Positions 50,101 to 59,171 are shown, counted from the first letter of the stretch. The stretch: 64,000 bases of DNA from an uncultured archaeon (GCA_964583985.1 CAZOYD010000010.1:1-64000), one strand, 5' to 3'. Notes: generated by a model not told the origin, from the sequence alone. A program made the numbers and translations.

Positions 50101-51020
50101 TCGTATTGGATCATAAGATTTGTATAATGAGAATTATTTGATAGAGATAGGCTACCAAAAAGATCAGAAAGCATCTCAAGACCAGTCTGATTTGTACCTA
50201 AAGTATCATTTAAACCTGAATATGTTTCAAATATATTCTCTAATTCAAGATTTTCTAAAAAACTTAGATCTAATGAATCCAAGTTAAAATTGACTTGGCT
50301 AGTTAAATCAAAAATATCTTTACTAAGAATATCAAGAGAATTTATCAAGAAATAAGTTGATGAAAGGTGATAATTTTCATTATATTCTTTTGAGGTTATC
50401 CGATCAATATCTAGAGCCTTCCAATATCCATCTTTTGGGAGATTTAATGTGATTTGATCGATATATACATTCCAGTCAGGAACATGTCCAATAAATGGAT
50501 AATAATTTGGTTTAGATACATTCAAAAGAATGAGATCGATTTGGAATTTTCTCCTAATGATCTCAAGAGCTCTCTCAGCTCTAATATCAGCATCAGTTGC
50601 GCTTATATCTTCATCATAATACAAAAACCCTGAAAATCCATTAAAACTCATTTCATATTGCATGCTAAATCCATCTTCTGTAAGTAATCTTGGAAATATA
50701 GCCGGAGTAATGCCATTTGAAACACTAATGAGCACATTACACTTATAGAACGCAGGATCTCGTGTATCAAACTGAGATAAAATGCTCGTATCATTAGTAA
50801 AAAGTGATTGCCTGATAATTGATTTATTTCCTGCCACATAAGCATCTATATTTTCAGAATACAGATCTGTTCCTGCGATATCTGATAATTTCAGCGTTTC
50901 AGTTCCATCTATTTCTTTACTATTAGATTCATTTATAATAGAGTTATCAAAATTAAAGTTAGGAGGGATACTAAAACAGATACAAATGATAAAAAATAAT
51001 CCTAATTTCCATGTTTTCAT
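47109..51020 (-). CDS. Large surface protein with DUF11/CARDB-like Ig repeats and C-terminal TM anchor
   Basis: Signal peptide; repeats ITKD..ITVKNVG, IGE..TYTL.FKNVG, IGE.F.ISVEIKN, ITK..IGD..VTL.VRNTG; many NxS/T sequons; TM near the end. Confidence 0.8.
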   Translation of the reverse strand: MKTWKLGLFFIICICFSIPPNFNFDNSIINESNSKEIDGTETLKLSDIAGTDLYSENIDAYVAGNKSIIRQSLFTNDTSILSQFDTRDPAFYKCNVLISVSNGITPAIFPRLLTEDGFSMQYEMSFNGFSGFLYYDEDISATDADIRAERALEIIRRKFQIDLILLNVSKPNYYPFIGHVPDWNVYIDQITLNLPKDGYWKALDIDRITSKEYNENYHLSSTYFLINSLDILSKDIFDLTSQVNFNLDSLDLSFLENLELENIFETYSGLNDTLGTNQTGLEMLSDLFGSLSLSNNSHYTNLMIQYEGIENAIQKIGDDEFSFNLWDAMDYNGDELKPSAKIFIALAGAFLSNIDVSILCSDIIDTTPNYFELYEFLLEQLGLLLYYSNVDIDIQSLKNYSFDLVWVDFGGIKRSYVLPINLNDSLDIINFLPQLGFQGISGIMTGLFNPVSDFIVNYKISNSEPNLMITKDLVNGNASYGAYNNYDFNITVKNVGNESAWGVPTSFPLGLEEMFTLIGGPLGGELMDAIWDVVKVEYSGQYDSLEDFFNFDENPRIFYMDSLGSGLVDTYFPDLSNLSNYFPYNEKMDNVIDIISIGYPQLIAGLLILGITSNDLKNIFTNKYSIWNDDNWILEPGERISYVYSNFSIEAFDTFTPFYNYSFIIDESYPPLPDMISGSSLDDTDPSMALRLDDESWNISSEEKYVDQHQIEVQFLFQNTTRINYQNKSLDRVSILINLTDQQNSLRLEIFNFSSGQFEDISSYFESQQNGTTRYSFIKNKGSLEWLFDSPSRINHTMVLRLIGSESSAFNISLNYLEVELSYRDINHYEASRSRVIYSTTSGEVQYVRYSNSISLSTYDMASIIAFAEISKYNTEIGEINTYTLHFKNVGSQIAHDLNISMLLPGIINDNINFSIYDNHLYFYLDELAPLEQQTIQMEFYTPNSATINSLRLEYNNTEKIENLDTRTIITRTNEVFYTARVDYGKTQPFLNTIQILFNPLINNPMIGEIFNISVEIKNTSPNRLNISKLSLNLKDNYGALRIIQNERHTITNIQYDEIYSYNITLKKLEWNGYYYPPINYFDSDNSRLIQISHSEPVILGSINLTITKNINKNQVEIGDILVVTLIVRNTGNICVKGLSLSDITSFTRINFALVEGKLINEIDLINPGENKTYSYAIKAMSQSLIKLNPSTIHLYYIHQVKVTSNAVEVKIIFPIHTQILFIGIPTALALLILAIYLYQSRRYNLKKYEIARNEELLFRMKGLDTILKVEKTLNDFFLNLSEDEKKELRGTKSQLSGGVKEK

Positions 51021-51036
51021 TTGTAATTCTTTCCTC

Positions 51037-54009
51037 TCACATTGTTTCTCTATAGATTTCTATTATTTTTTTCTTGCGAATTTTTCTTAATAAAAATACC
51101 ATGCTTATCAAAATGAATATTGTTGAAATAAAAAAGACAGATAAAGCATCTGAAAGTGGAAAATTTGTTGGTGTAGGTATGTTTCCCATTTCATTTAGAG
51201 ATGAAGCTAATAATAATCCTGTTGCATATCCAATAAGCACGCCTACTGAACCACTACTAAACATGATGATAAGTGCTTCAATAGTAAATAAACGATTTAT
51301 TTGTCTCCCTTTTAAACCTAACGTTCTAATAATACCAATATCTTTTTTTCTCTCAATAATTGAAGAATAAGACGATGAGATTAAACCAAACAAGCAGATA
51401 ATGATAGTAGCATCGAGTGTTATGGTAAAAAAAATATCTAATATTGAAAAATATGATTGTTCTTGACGGATGGAACTATCGAGGTTATCGAGATTAAAAT
51501 CGAATATACCTCTATAAGCATCCCAAATTGTCGCACCAATTGCTTGTTGGTAATCTAAACCCGTCTCAGTTAATTTTATAAAGACTTTATCTAAGTATGG
51601 AATGGGAGGAATATCCATTAAAGTCATGTACGTTTGGTCGTTAATCATTACTCCTCCTCTAAAAGCAGCCCCGCTTGATCTGCTAAATACAGAAGAAAAA
51701 CCAGGCATTGCTGTTGCTATTCCAACAATCCTAAAAGGATAAATTTCTGATTCATCGCCTCTATGTACTATAATTCTGATTAAATTTCCCATGTAGAGAT
51801 TTAAATTGATAGATATGGCTTCTGAGATTATACACGTGTAATCACCCTCAAGATTAAATAGATTATCAAATGAATCTATCAAGTTACCCCCAGTAAAATC
51901 AATATAATTCGTGTCAATAGTCGAAGGATATTCTTCATCGACTCCGATCAATGATATTTCTATCGTGGATAATCCAGCATAATCTCCAATTTCTGCATAA
52001 AATTCGTTTTCTTCATCAGAATATAATTGTGTCAAATGAAATGGACTGGCAATGATAGTTGATACTTTCTCTACTCCCTCAATTTGTAATATATCAGTTT
52101 TGAATTCACTTGTTAGAATTCTACTCGGATCAACAGAAAAACCATCAGTAAGCATCTTAAAAGATTCCCCAGAGAGCCCAAAACCTCCTCCAGTGTCTAT
52201 TTCCTCAAGATCTTCCCATCCAATTGTTTCAATAACTAAATCAGATCCTAAATCCAAGGTCGTTTCGATTTTCCCTTGATCTGATAAGAATTTAAATGCT
52301 CCAGAGACGAAAATAACAAACGAGAATGTAAAAGCAAACATCAAAATGGTGCTTGAATTCCTTCGAGCATAACGAAATACGAAAATTTTATAAATTGGAG
52401 CTAACTTTCTGGAGATTAATCTAAATGCTTGTATAAAAAAACGTAAGATGACTGGCATCAACCCTAATCCAGCAAGAGTAGTTCCGATTAAAAATAGAAT
52501 AAGTAACGCAATGAGAATACCCGCCATTAATGCGAGATCTCCGGTGATCATGACACGAGGTAATATTAATATAATAAATAAACCATTTGCTGCCAATATC
52601 AATCCAACGAGAATAATTTTATAATTAACTGACGCTCTTTTTTGAAGATGATAGAGGGTATCTTCATGTCTATAAGGATGAATAGATTCAATTAATTGAA
52701 GTTTCATTACTTTTATTGCTGGAGAAATACTCACGATCAATCCCACACCTATTCCTATTATATATGAAAGGATAACTGATCCCAACGTAATTGAGTAAGT
52801 CATGTTACCGGCTAATCCTGGTATGGATCCTGCAACGACCACTTCAGCAAAGGGTAATATCACAAATTGAGTCAGCAATTGTGCTCCTATAATCCCAAAT
52901 ATTGTCCCAAAATTACATAAAAGGAATCCTTGAACTATCACTATCATTAAATTATGGTTTTTTGTCGCACCAAGGGTTCGGAAAATTCCAAATTCTCGTA
53001 TTCTTTCCTCTACTGATGTTTTTAAAATACCATTAATAAGCACTCCAGATATAAGCATCGCAATCATGGATACAAATACGAAAATAATAGTTATTCCAAC
53101 GCTTAACCATTCTGAGAATCCTAGCACTCTCAGTTTAGGCAAATCCAAGAAATATTCATTGATGCCAATTTTCATTTGAATTTCACCCGCGAGATCTTTT
53201 ACCCTATTTTCAGTTCCCTTTAGATCTCTTACATCGTAATATTCTCCCGCATTTGTAAATGTTAGAATTAATTCATTACATTTTCCACCAAATGTGCCAT
53301 TACCAAATAAATCATATAGCGTGTCAATATCCACAACTATCAATGGTCGATCTGCATAATTAATAGGCCATTTCTGCTGAAAGTCAAATATTTTTGCTAT
53401 TGTGAAATTATGTGTCTTGTAATAAGTTACATCTCCATTCTGCATTCTCATGGCTATTTCAATGGTGTCATTTTCAACATATTTAATATCTTCGCTAAAC
53501 TTGTATAAGATAGCACATTCATTGATAGATAATTCTTTTATTTCCAAAAGGGCATTACTTTTTGGTTGAGTAAAGGCACCAAAACCTAGTGAATTTTCTA
53601 AATTAATATCAATTCCAGAAATTAACGCATTTGCCCTTTCATTTGTCAATTCTTGCGTTTCAAATCCTTGGGAAACGTTAATTTCCCCATATATTTCCAT
53701 TCTAGGAATAAATGCATCGATTTGAGGAAAATTTCCTTCAATTTTATTGACTAACGGATTGAATTCAAAATAATTTGAACGATTACTTGGTTCTCCATTA
53801 TAATGTCGAACTGAAATTGATATGTCTTGATTACCCGCATCAATTGATAAATATTGGGCAAATGTTACGGAGATTGAATCCGATAAAAATAGGACTATAG
53901 CTAAGAGGGCAATTGAGAAAAAAACCCCAAATATCCCTATTGATGTTCGGATTTTTTGACGTCCAAGATCCTTAAATGCATATTTGAAAATTATTTTAAA
54001 ATTCAGCAT
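51037..54009 (-). CDS. FtsX/MacB-family ABC permease with two internal repeats (permease 1)
   Basis: ERIREFGIFRTLG and ERKKDIGIIRTLG; same architecture as permease 2. Confidence 0.9.
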   Translation of the reverse strand: MLNFKIIFKYAFKDLGRQKIRTSIGIFGVFFSIALLAIVLFLSDSISVTFAQYLSIDAGNQDISISVRHYNGEPSNRSNYFEFNPLVNKIEGNFPQIDAFIPRMEIYGEINVSQGFETQELTNERANALISGIDINLENSLGFGAFTQPKSNALLEIKELSINECAILYKFSEDIKYVENDTIEIAMRMQNGDVTYYKTHNFTIAKIFDFQQKWPINYADRPLIVVDIDTLYDLFGNGTFGGKCNELILTFTNAGEYYDVRDLKGTENRVKDLAGEIQMKIGINEYFLDLPKLRVLGFSEWLSVGITIIFVFVSMIAMLISGVLINGILKTSVEERIREFGIFRTLGATKNHNLMIVIVQGFLLCNFGTIFGIIGAQLLTQFVILPFAEVVVAGSIPGLAGNMTYSITLGSVILSYIIGIGVGLIVSISPAIKVMKLQLIESIHPYRHEDTLYHLQKRASVNYKIILVGLILAANGLFIILILPRVMITGDLALMAGILIALLILFLIGTTLAGLGLMPVILRFFIQAFRLISRKLAPIYKIFVFRYARRNSSTILMFAFTFSFVIFVSGAFKFLSDQGKIETTLDLGSDLVIETIGWEDLEEIDTGGGFGLSGESFKMLTDGFSVDPSRILTSEFKTDILQIEGVEKVSTIIASPFHLTQLYSDEENEFYAEIGDYAGLSTIEISLIGVDEEYPSTIDTNYIDFTGGNLIDSFDNLFNLEGDYTCIISEAISINLNLYMGNLIRIIVHRGDESEIYPFRIVGIATAMPGFSSVFSRSSGAAFRGGVMINDQTYMTLMDIPPIPYLDKVFIKLTETGLDYQQAIGATIWDAYRGIFDFNLDNLDSSIRQEQSYFSILDIFFTITLDATIIICLFGLISSSYSSIIERKKDIGIIRTLGLKGRQINRLFTIEALIIMFSSGSVGVLIGYATGLLLASSLNEMGNIPTPTNFPLSDALSVFFISTIFILISMVFLLRKIRKKKIIEIYRETM

Positions 54010-54023
54010 AGATATTTATCCAA

Positions 54024-55211
54024 TTAATAAAGATTTAATACGTTTCCATCAACATTTCCATTCAAATTATTCTCTTTAACCAATTCTTGTAAAATATCGT
54101 TAAAATGTTCGGGTAAATTTAACAGAATAGCACTTGGAATGCTATTTTTAATATCTCCTACATCTATTGACGTTTTTCCTTGATGTGAAAAGAGATATTT
54201 AAATATCATGTTTTTACATTTTTCTTTGTTCATTTCTGCTTCTAATTTCCTATTGAGTTCCATCTGCTGAGTTTCTTTTAGTCCTCCAATTTTACCTTCC
54301 TTGGTTAATTTTCCATCTCTCATGTGAAATACGCGGTTTGCAAATTCTGAGACTGCTGCGTCATGACTCACTGCTATAAATGTTGCACCCTTACGATTCA
54401 AATCTCTTAATAAATTTAATATCATGACTCCTGTCTTACTATCAAGATCTCCTGTCGGCTCATCCAATACACAAAGTGCAGGATCATTTGCAAATGCTCG
54501 GGCTATTGCCACTCTCTGTTGTTCTCCCCCACTCAATTCTGAAGGTGTATGATGTGCGCGATCTTCTAACTCTACGAGTCTCAATAAATCTAACCCTCGT
54601 TTTCTCTTTCCTCTTCTACTTAATTTACCGGAAAAATGTAAAGGAACTAATACATTCTCCAAAGCAGTCATTTGCGGTAAAAGATTATAGAATTGAAAGA
54701 CAAAACCAATATTCTCTCTTCTGATATCTGCTAAATCATTATCTTTTAGGGTAGCGATGTTCCTTCCTTCAAGAAAAATCTTACCTCGTGTAGGTGTATC
54801 AAGACCCCCAATTAAATTTAAAAGTGTTGTTTTACCACTCCCACTAGGACCCATGATATCAACAAAATCACCTTTATCAATTGTTAAATCAACGCCACGT
54901 AGCGCAGCTACAGCTGTTGTTCCTAGTAAGTATGTTTTATGGAGATTTTCAACCACAATTAGATGTTCATAATCTTTATCAACGTCTTTTTGATTTTTAT
55001 CTTCTAATTTTACTCGATTTCTTTCCTCTCGTGATGTTGATAATATCTCAAATTTATGTTCCTTAATTTCTTGTCTTTTTTTCTTCTCTTGCCAATTATA
55101 AAAATTTTTACTAACTTTCCCCTTCCATATAGCAAGATTCCCCGTTTCTTCTTCATATAATTCCATTTCGGGTGTTTTAATAATATGGGCATCTGGCATT
55201 ACATTTACCAT
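54024..55211 (-). CDS. LolD/MacB-type ABC ATPase with N- and C-terminal extensions
   Basis: ALRGVDL, GPSGSGKT, IGFVFQFYNL, LSGGEQQRVAIARA, LDEPTGDLD, VSHD. Confidence 0.95.
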   Translation of the reverse strand: MVNVMPDAHIIKTPEMELYEEETGNLAIWKGKVSKNFYNWQEKKKRQEIKEHKFEILSTSREERNRVKLEDKNQKDVDKDYEHLIVVENLHKTYLLGTTAVAALRGVDLTIDKGDFVDIMGPSGSGKTTLLNLIGGLDTPTRGKIFLEGRNIATLKDNDLADIRRENIGFVFQFYNLLPQMTALENVLVPLHFSGKLSRRGKRKRGLDLLRLVELEDRAHHTPSELSGGEQQRVAIARAFANDPALCVLDEPTGDLDSKTGVMILNLLRDLNRKGATFIAVSHDAAVSEFANRVFHMRDGKLTKEGKIGGLKETQQMELNRKLEAEMNKEKCKNMIFKYLFSHQGKTSIDVGDIKNSIPSAILLNLPEHFNDILQELVKENNLNGNVDGNVLNLY

Positions 55212-55292
55212 GAAATTATTTAAAATTTTTTTAAAAAATTATAATGTTTTTAGGCATTTAATTTAATACCTTTGTGTTAGCATTAGCAAAAG

Positions 55293-56081
55293 TTAGGAAA
55301 ATTTTAAATCTTGAGATTCTATTTTTTTAGAACTTGCTTTTTCTTCATTAAAATCGAATTCATGTTCTTGAATATACTTTAAAGCTTTTAAACAGAAGTC
55401 TTTTTCAGCGTCTTTTCGTTTTTTATGGAAGTCTGAAGTAATTGAATGAGGAATAGAGTAAATTTCTTTTCCCATTATGTTCAAAATTCTAATTCCCTTG
55501 GCTTTCCATCTAATTTTATCTCCTTGTTCAAATTTTTCATATGAAAACTCAATATTGGGAGTAATTCTGAATTTTTCTTGGATATATTCGAGAAAATTAT
55601 TTTTTGCGAATTGAAAGCTTGTATCAATTATTTCATCCCAATTCTTCATAAATCTCGTAATAATTTTTTCATCCACCATATCCAAATTAAGATTAGAGTC
55701 TAAAAACAAAGCCCCACATATACTTTCAAAAACATCAGCCATAATGGACGTCCCAATAACCTCTTGATTGTTAGCTTTAAAAATGAACTCATTTAATCCC
55801 ATATTAGAAGCGATTTTTATCCAATTTTGATTGCTTTCTACACATAATTTATTTCGTGTTAAAGTGGCTGGGTCATTTGTTCCTTGATGATATATCTTTA
55901 ACGTAAATATTAATTTGAGAACGGCATCACCAATCGTTTCAAGAATCTCATAATGATTTGTGTTTGTTTTCTTACCAAGTTTTGGTGTTGTTAATGCTTG
56001 TTTAAGAAGGTTTAGATCATTGAATTGATAGTGAATATATTCTTGAAATTTGTTCAATTTTTCTGCAATTTCCTTTTCCAT
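55293..56081 (-). CDS. rnc: Ribonuclease III with C-terminal dsRBD-like domain
   Basis: LL.QALT, YEILETIGDAVL, ADVFESICGALFLD, AKNNFLEY.Q and KRKDAEKD.C..AL. Confidence 0.87.
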   Translation of the reverse strand: MEKEIAEKLNKFQEYIHYQFNDLNLLKQALTTPKLGKKTNTNHYEILETIGDAVLKLIFTLKIYHQGTNDPATLTRNKLCVESNQNWIKIASNMGLNEFIFKANNQEVIGTSIMADVFESICGALFLDSNLNLDMVDEKIITRFMKNWDEIIDTSFQFAKNNFLEYIQEKFRITPNIEFSYEKFEQGDKIRWKAKGIRILNIMGKEIYSIPHSITSDFHKKRKDAEKDFCLKALKYIQEHEFDFNEEKASSKKIESQDLKFS

Positions 56082-56142
56082 AATATTAACAAAATAATTA
56101 ATTAAGAAAAATTTATAAACCTAAACTAGACTTATTTAGTAT

Positions 56143-56568
56143 ATGGATGCAGAGCAAGCAAAGAAAGCATTATCACTTATTGAAGGAATTGAAAACAAAC
56201 AATTAGAGATTGAAACATTTTTATCAAATTTAACTATCTCTTCACGAGAAGAAATAATTAAAGATATCATCATAGAAGTAATTAGAAATAATTTATTCTT
56301 CAGACAATTAGGCATAACCCAAGAAATCCTTAAAGAAAATAAATCGTTGGAATCCAACTCAAAAGAGATGATTGTAGATCATTTAATTTCCAATATCCAA
56401 AACGATCCTTCAAAAAAAATCATACATTTAAGACATTTCTTGGACAGATTTTATGAAATATCTGAACAAGATAAAAATGTCATTCTCCAATCGATAAAAA
56501 ATGAAAAAAATGAAAATCTCAAAGAAGAACTGCTTTCCTTGGTAAATATTTTCAAATTGAAATTATAA
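56143..56568 (+). CDS. Hypothetical helical protein
   Basis: 141-aa ORF with ATG start filling the gap; no motif recognised. Confidence 0.7.
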   Translation: MDAEQAKKALSLIEGIENKQLEIETFLSNLTISSREEIIKDIIIEVIRNNLFFRQLGITQEILKENKSLESNSKEMIVDHLISNIQNDPSKKIIHLRHFLDRFYEISEQDKNVILQSIKNEKNENLKEELLSLVNIFKLKL

Positions 56569-56578
56569 AAAAATTATT

Positions 56579-56980
56579 TTAAGCATTATCAGGTTCTAAG
56601 AGAGCGAATAAATCGAGTATTTTATTCATACCTTTTATCTTTAATTTTCGGGTTATTATTTTTACCAATGAGGCTCCAGTACCTAATTGTCCTGATGCTA
56701 TTTTTAGAAATAATTCTGTCGTGGTCTCAAGTTTCGCTTCCCACCCTAAAACATCTTGCTTTAAATCATTTTTTTCTTTATTCACAATTCCTTCTACATC
56801 TACAGTTCCATTATCAATAATTACTAATGCAGCATATTTACCATCCACCGCATTCAATAAAATTTTACTTTTAATATCTTTATATTTTTCCTTGAATTTT
56901 TCATTATCATTCAAAGGCATCACTGTCTTGTATATCATGCTAGCGAAGCCTCTTGGTTTTTTCTTGGTTTCTTCTGTCAT
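56579..56980 (-). CDS. SCP2 sterol/lipid-binding-domain-like protein
   Basis: V.IDNG.V.V, LETTTELFLKIASGQL.....I.TRKLKIKG pattern. Confidence 0.7.
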   Translation of the reverse strand: MTEETKKKPRGFASMIYKTVMPLNDNEKFKEKYKDIKSKILLNAVDGKYAALVIIDNGTVDVEGIVNKEKNDLKQDVLGWEAKLETTTELFLKIASGQLGTGASLVKIITRKLKIKGMNKILDLFALLEPDNA

Positions 56981-57178
56981 TTTAATCGGACTTTATTTAT
57001 TTGATTTCTTTTAAAAAGTTCTTTATATATTACAGATCACATACTAAAGAATAAAAACTTTTAAATTATTTTTGACAAAATAATCCAAACACAAATCATG
57101 ACATGGATTTATAGAAGATTGAAATCATTCAGAAGAAGATTTGAACTAATAAATATGAATACATTAGTCAATTGGAAA

Positions 57179-57430
57179 CTAGTAAGAATCGGCTTCTGAG
57201 CCCCCAAAGAATTCCTCATATGCTTTTCTGTCTTGGGCCGAAATACGACTGTCTTTAATACCATCTCTTAGAATGACAGGAGCTGCTTCTTTTTCATCGT
57301 GCTTGATTTTTTTGACTATTTTGTACTCTTCTTTCTCCTTATCTAACTCGAACTCTTCATTACACGCTTTACATATAAGCTTCTTGTTCTTTGGTATCAG
57401 AATGTTATCGCAGTGTGGACAAAACTTCAT
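57179..57430 (-). CDS. TFS/Rpb9-like protein with only the N-terminal zinc ribbon
   Basis: MKFCPHCDNILIP....LICKAC and KIKH linker; no second CxxC pair and no QTRSADE-type loop. Confidence 0.75.
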   Translation of the reverse strand: MKFCPHCDNILIPKNKKLICKACNEEFELDKEKEEYKIVKKIKHDEKEAAPVILRDGIKDSRISAQDRKAYEEFFGGSEADSY

Positions 57431-57708
57431 GAATAAACTCCATTTCTTTTATTCTTGCTTTTAAAGTTTATGTTTCAAGTCTTTATATATTATCAGAAAT
57501 ATTAAAAATGTAAAACACTTATATTCTTTTCTATTCTAATGTCTATGTGATGCAGAATCAAGTATAAAAATCTTCTTCTAAAAATACTAATAATTTGTGC
57601 GAAAAAGAATTAAGATTATTAAGGTAAAATACTAAAATTAGATAAAAAATTATGGGTATTATAATAGCCGCATAATTCAAGAAAAATTAAATTTTAACCC
57701 GATATATT

Positions 57709-58449
57709 ATGAATGAGAAAAAGGATCAAATTGTAGTAATGGGTCATCGTGGAGCAAGCAAAGTAGCACCTGAGAATACTCTCCAATCTTTTAGGAAGGC
57801 AATTGAATTAAAAGCAGATTTTATTGAATTTGATGTTTTACAATCACGTGATGGAGAATTAGTGGTAACTCACGATGAAAACCTATCCCGCTTAACAGGG
57901 AAAAATAGATTGGTTAAAGAGATGACTTTAAAAGAATTGAAACAGTTGGATTTTGGAAACGGGGAAAAAATACCTACACTAAGTGAACTTATTGAAGTCA
58001 CTAAGGATCATATAAAATTGAACTGTGAAATTAAAGTTAAAGGGATTGCAAAGAAAATTATAGATTTATTTCGAGTTAAAAATATCGTTGATACTAGTAT
58101 CGTTAGCTCTTTTTTACATGATGAATTATTGGAATTTCAGTTAGAAGAACCTAATTTGAAATTAGCTTCATTAGAACCAACGCTAGGAGTAACTAAGTTC
58201 GATTGGAATATAAAAAAGAAGATGATTGATTATTGTATCGACAATAATTTATTTGCCATTAATCCAATAGTAATGCTTGTTGACCAACAATTTGTTGACT
58301 ATGCTCACGAAAATGAAATAAAAATTTTTCCTTGGACAGTAGATACAAAAATTTCAATAAAGAAATTAATAAATTTTGGTGTGGATGGAATAATCACGAA
58401 CGATATAGAAACAGTAAGAAATCTTTTGGAAAAATATAAAAAATTGTGA
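57709..58449 (+). CDS. Glycerophosphodiester phosphodiesterase, copy 1
   Basis: GHRGA...PENT, IEFDV..SRDG..VV.HD, IPTL.E, EIK, SSF, WTVD, GVDGIITN. Confidence 0.93.
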   Translation: MNEKKDQIVVMGHRGASKVAPENTLQSFRKAIELKADFIEFDVLQSRDGELVVTHDENLSRLTGKNRLVKEMTLKELKQLDFGNGEKIPTLSELIEVTKDHIKLNCEIKVKGIAKKIIDLFRVKNIVDTSIVSSFLHDELLEFQLEEPNLKLASLEPTLGVTKFDWNIKKKMIDYCIDNNLFAINPIVMLVDQQFVDYAHENEIKIFPWTVDTKISIKKLINFGVDGIITNDIETVRNLLEKYKKL

Positions 58450-59171
58450 CTAAAATGAAAGAGAAAATATTAGTTATAGGACATAAAGGAGCTAGTAACA
58501 TCGCTCCCGGAAACACTCTTTTGGCTTTTCGAAAAGCAATAGAACTTAAAGCAGATTATATCGAATTTGATATCCATAAATCCCTTGATGGAGAAATAGT
58601 CATTATACATGATAATGACACGTATAGTGTTACTGGAAAGCAAGGATTAATTAAGGAACTAACTTTAAAAGAAATACAAGGATTAGATGCGGGAAGTGGT
58701 GAAAAAATTCCAACTCTTATCGATCTAATTAAAATAGCAAAAGACAAGATAAATCTCCAACCAGAAATTAAAGCTCCTGGATTAATTGATGATCTTGTCC
58801 ATATTTTGATGAAAAATAAGTTGGAAAAAAAAACTATTATAAGCAGTTTTGATATTTCTCAATTAATAAAAATAAAAGAATGTGAACCTCGATTAAAAAT
58901 AGGTTATCTAATTCCTTCAGAATTAACCCGACCTCGAATATTAAATCGATACATACAAAAAGCAGTAAGAAATGAATTTTATGCAATTCATCCACATTTT
59001 ACAGCTATTAGTAAGGAATTTGTCGATAATGCTCATGAAAATAATCTTAAAATAAATGTATGGACTGTCAATGAAGAGGATGAAATTATTAGATTGAAAG
59101 CCTTAGGAGTAGATGGAATTATTACTGATGATATCGAGTTAGTTCATAAATTGTTAGGGAACTTACAGTAA
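58446..59171 (+). CDS. Glycerophosphodiester phosphodiesterase, copy 2
   Basis: GHKGA...PGNT, IEFDI, IHD, EIK, WTVN, GVDGIITD; start GTG 58446 (overlapping the upstream stop) or ATG 58455. Confidence 0.92.
   Translation: MTKMKEKILVIGHKGASNIAPGNTLLAFRKAIELKADYIEFDIHKSLDGEIVIIHDNDTYSVTGKQGLIKELTLKEIQGLDAGSGEKIPTLIDLIKIAKDKINLQPEIKAPGLIDDLVHILMKNKLEKKTIISSFDISQLIKIKECEPRLKIGYLIPSELTRPRILNRYIQKAVRNEFYAIHPHFTAISKEFVDNAHENNLKINVWTVNEEDEIIRLKALGVDGIITDDIELVHKLLGNLQ

Noticed and set aside
57098-57199. 33-aa ORF MTWIYRRLKSFRRRF...
   Set aside because: Short, overlaps the end of the TFS-like gene on the opposite strand, and has no recognisable motif.
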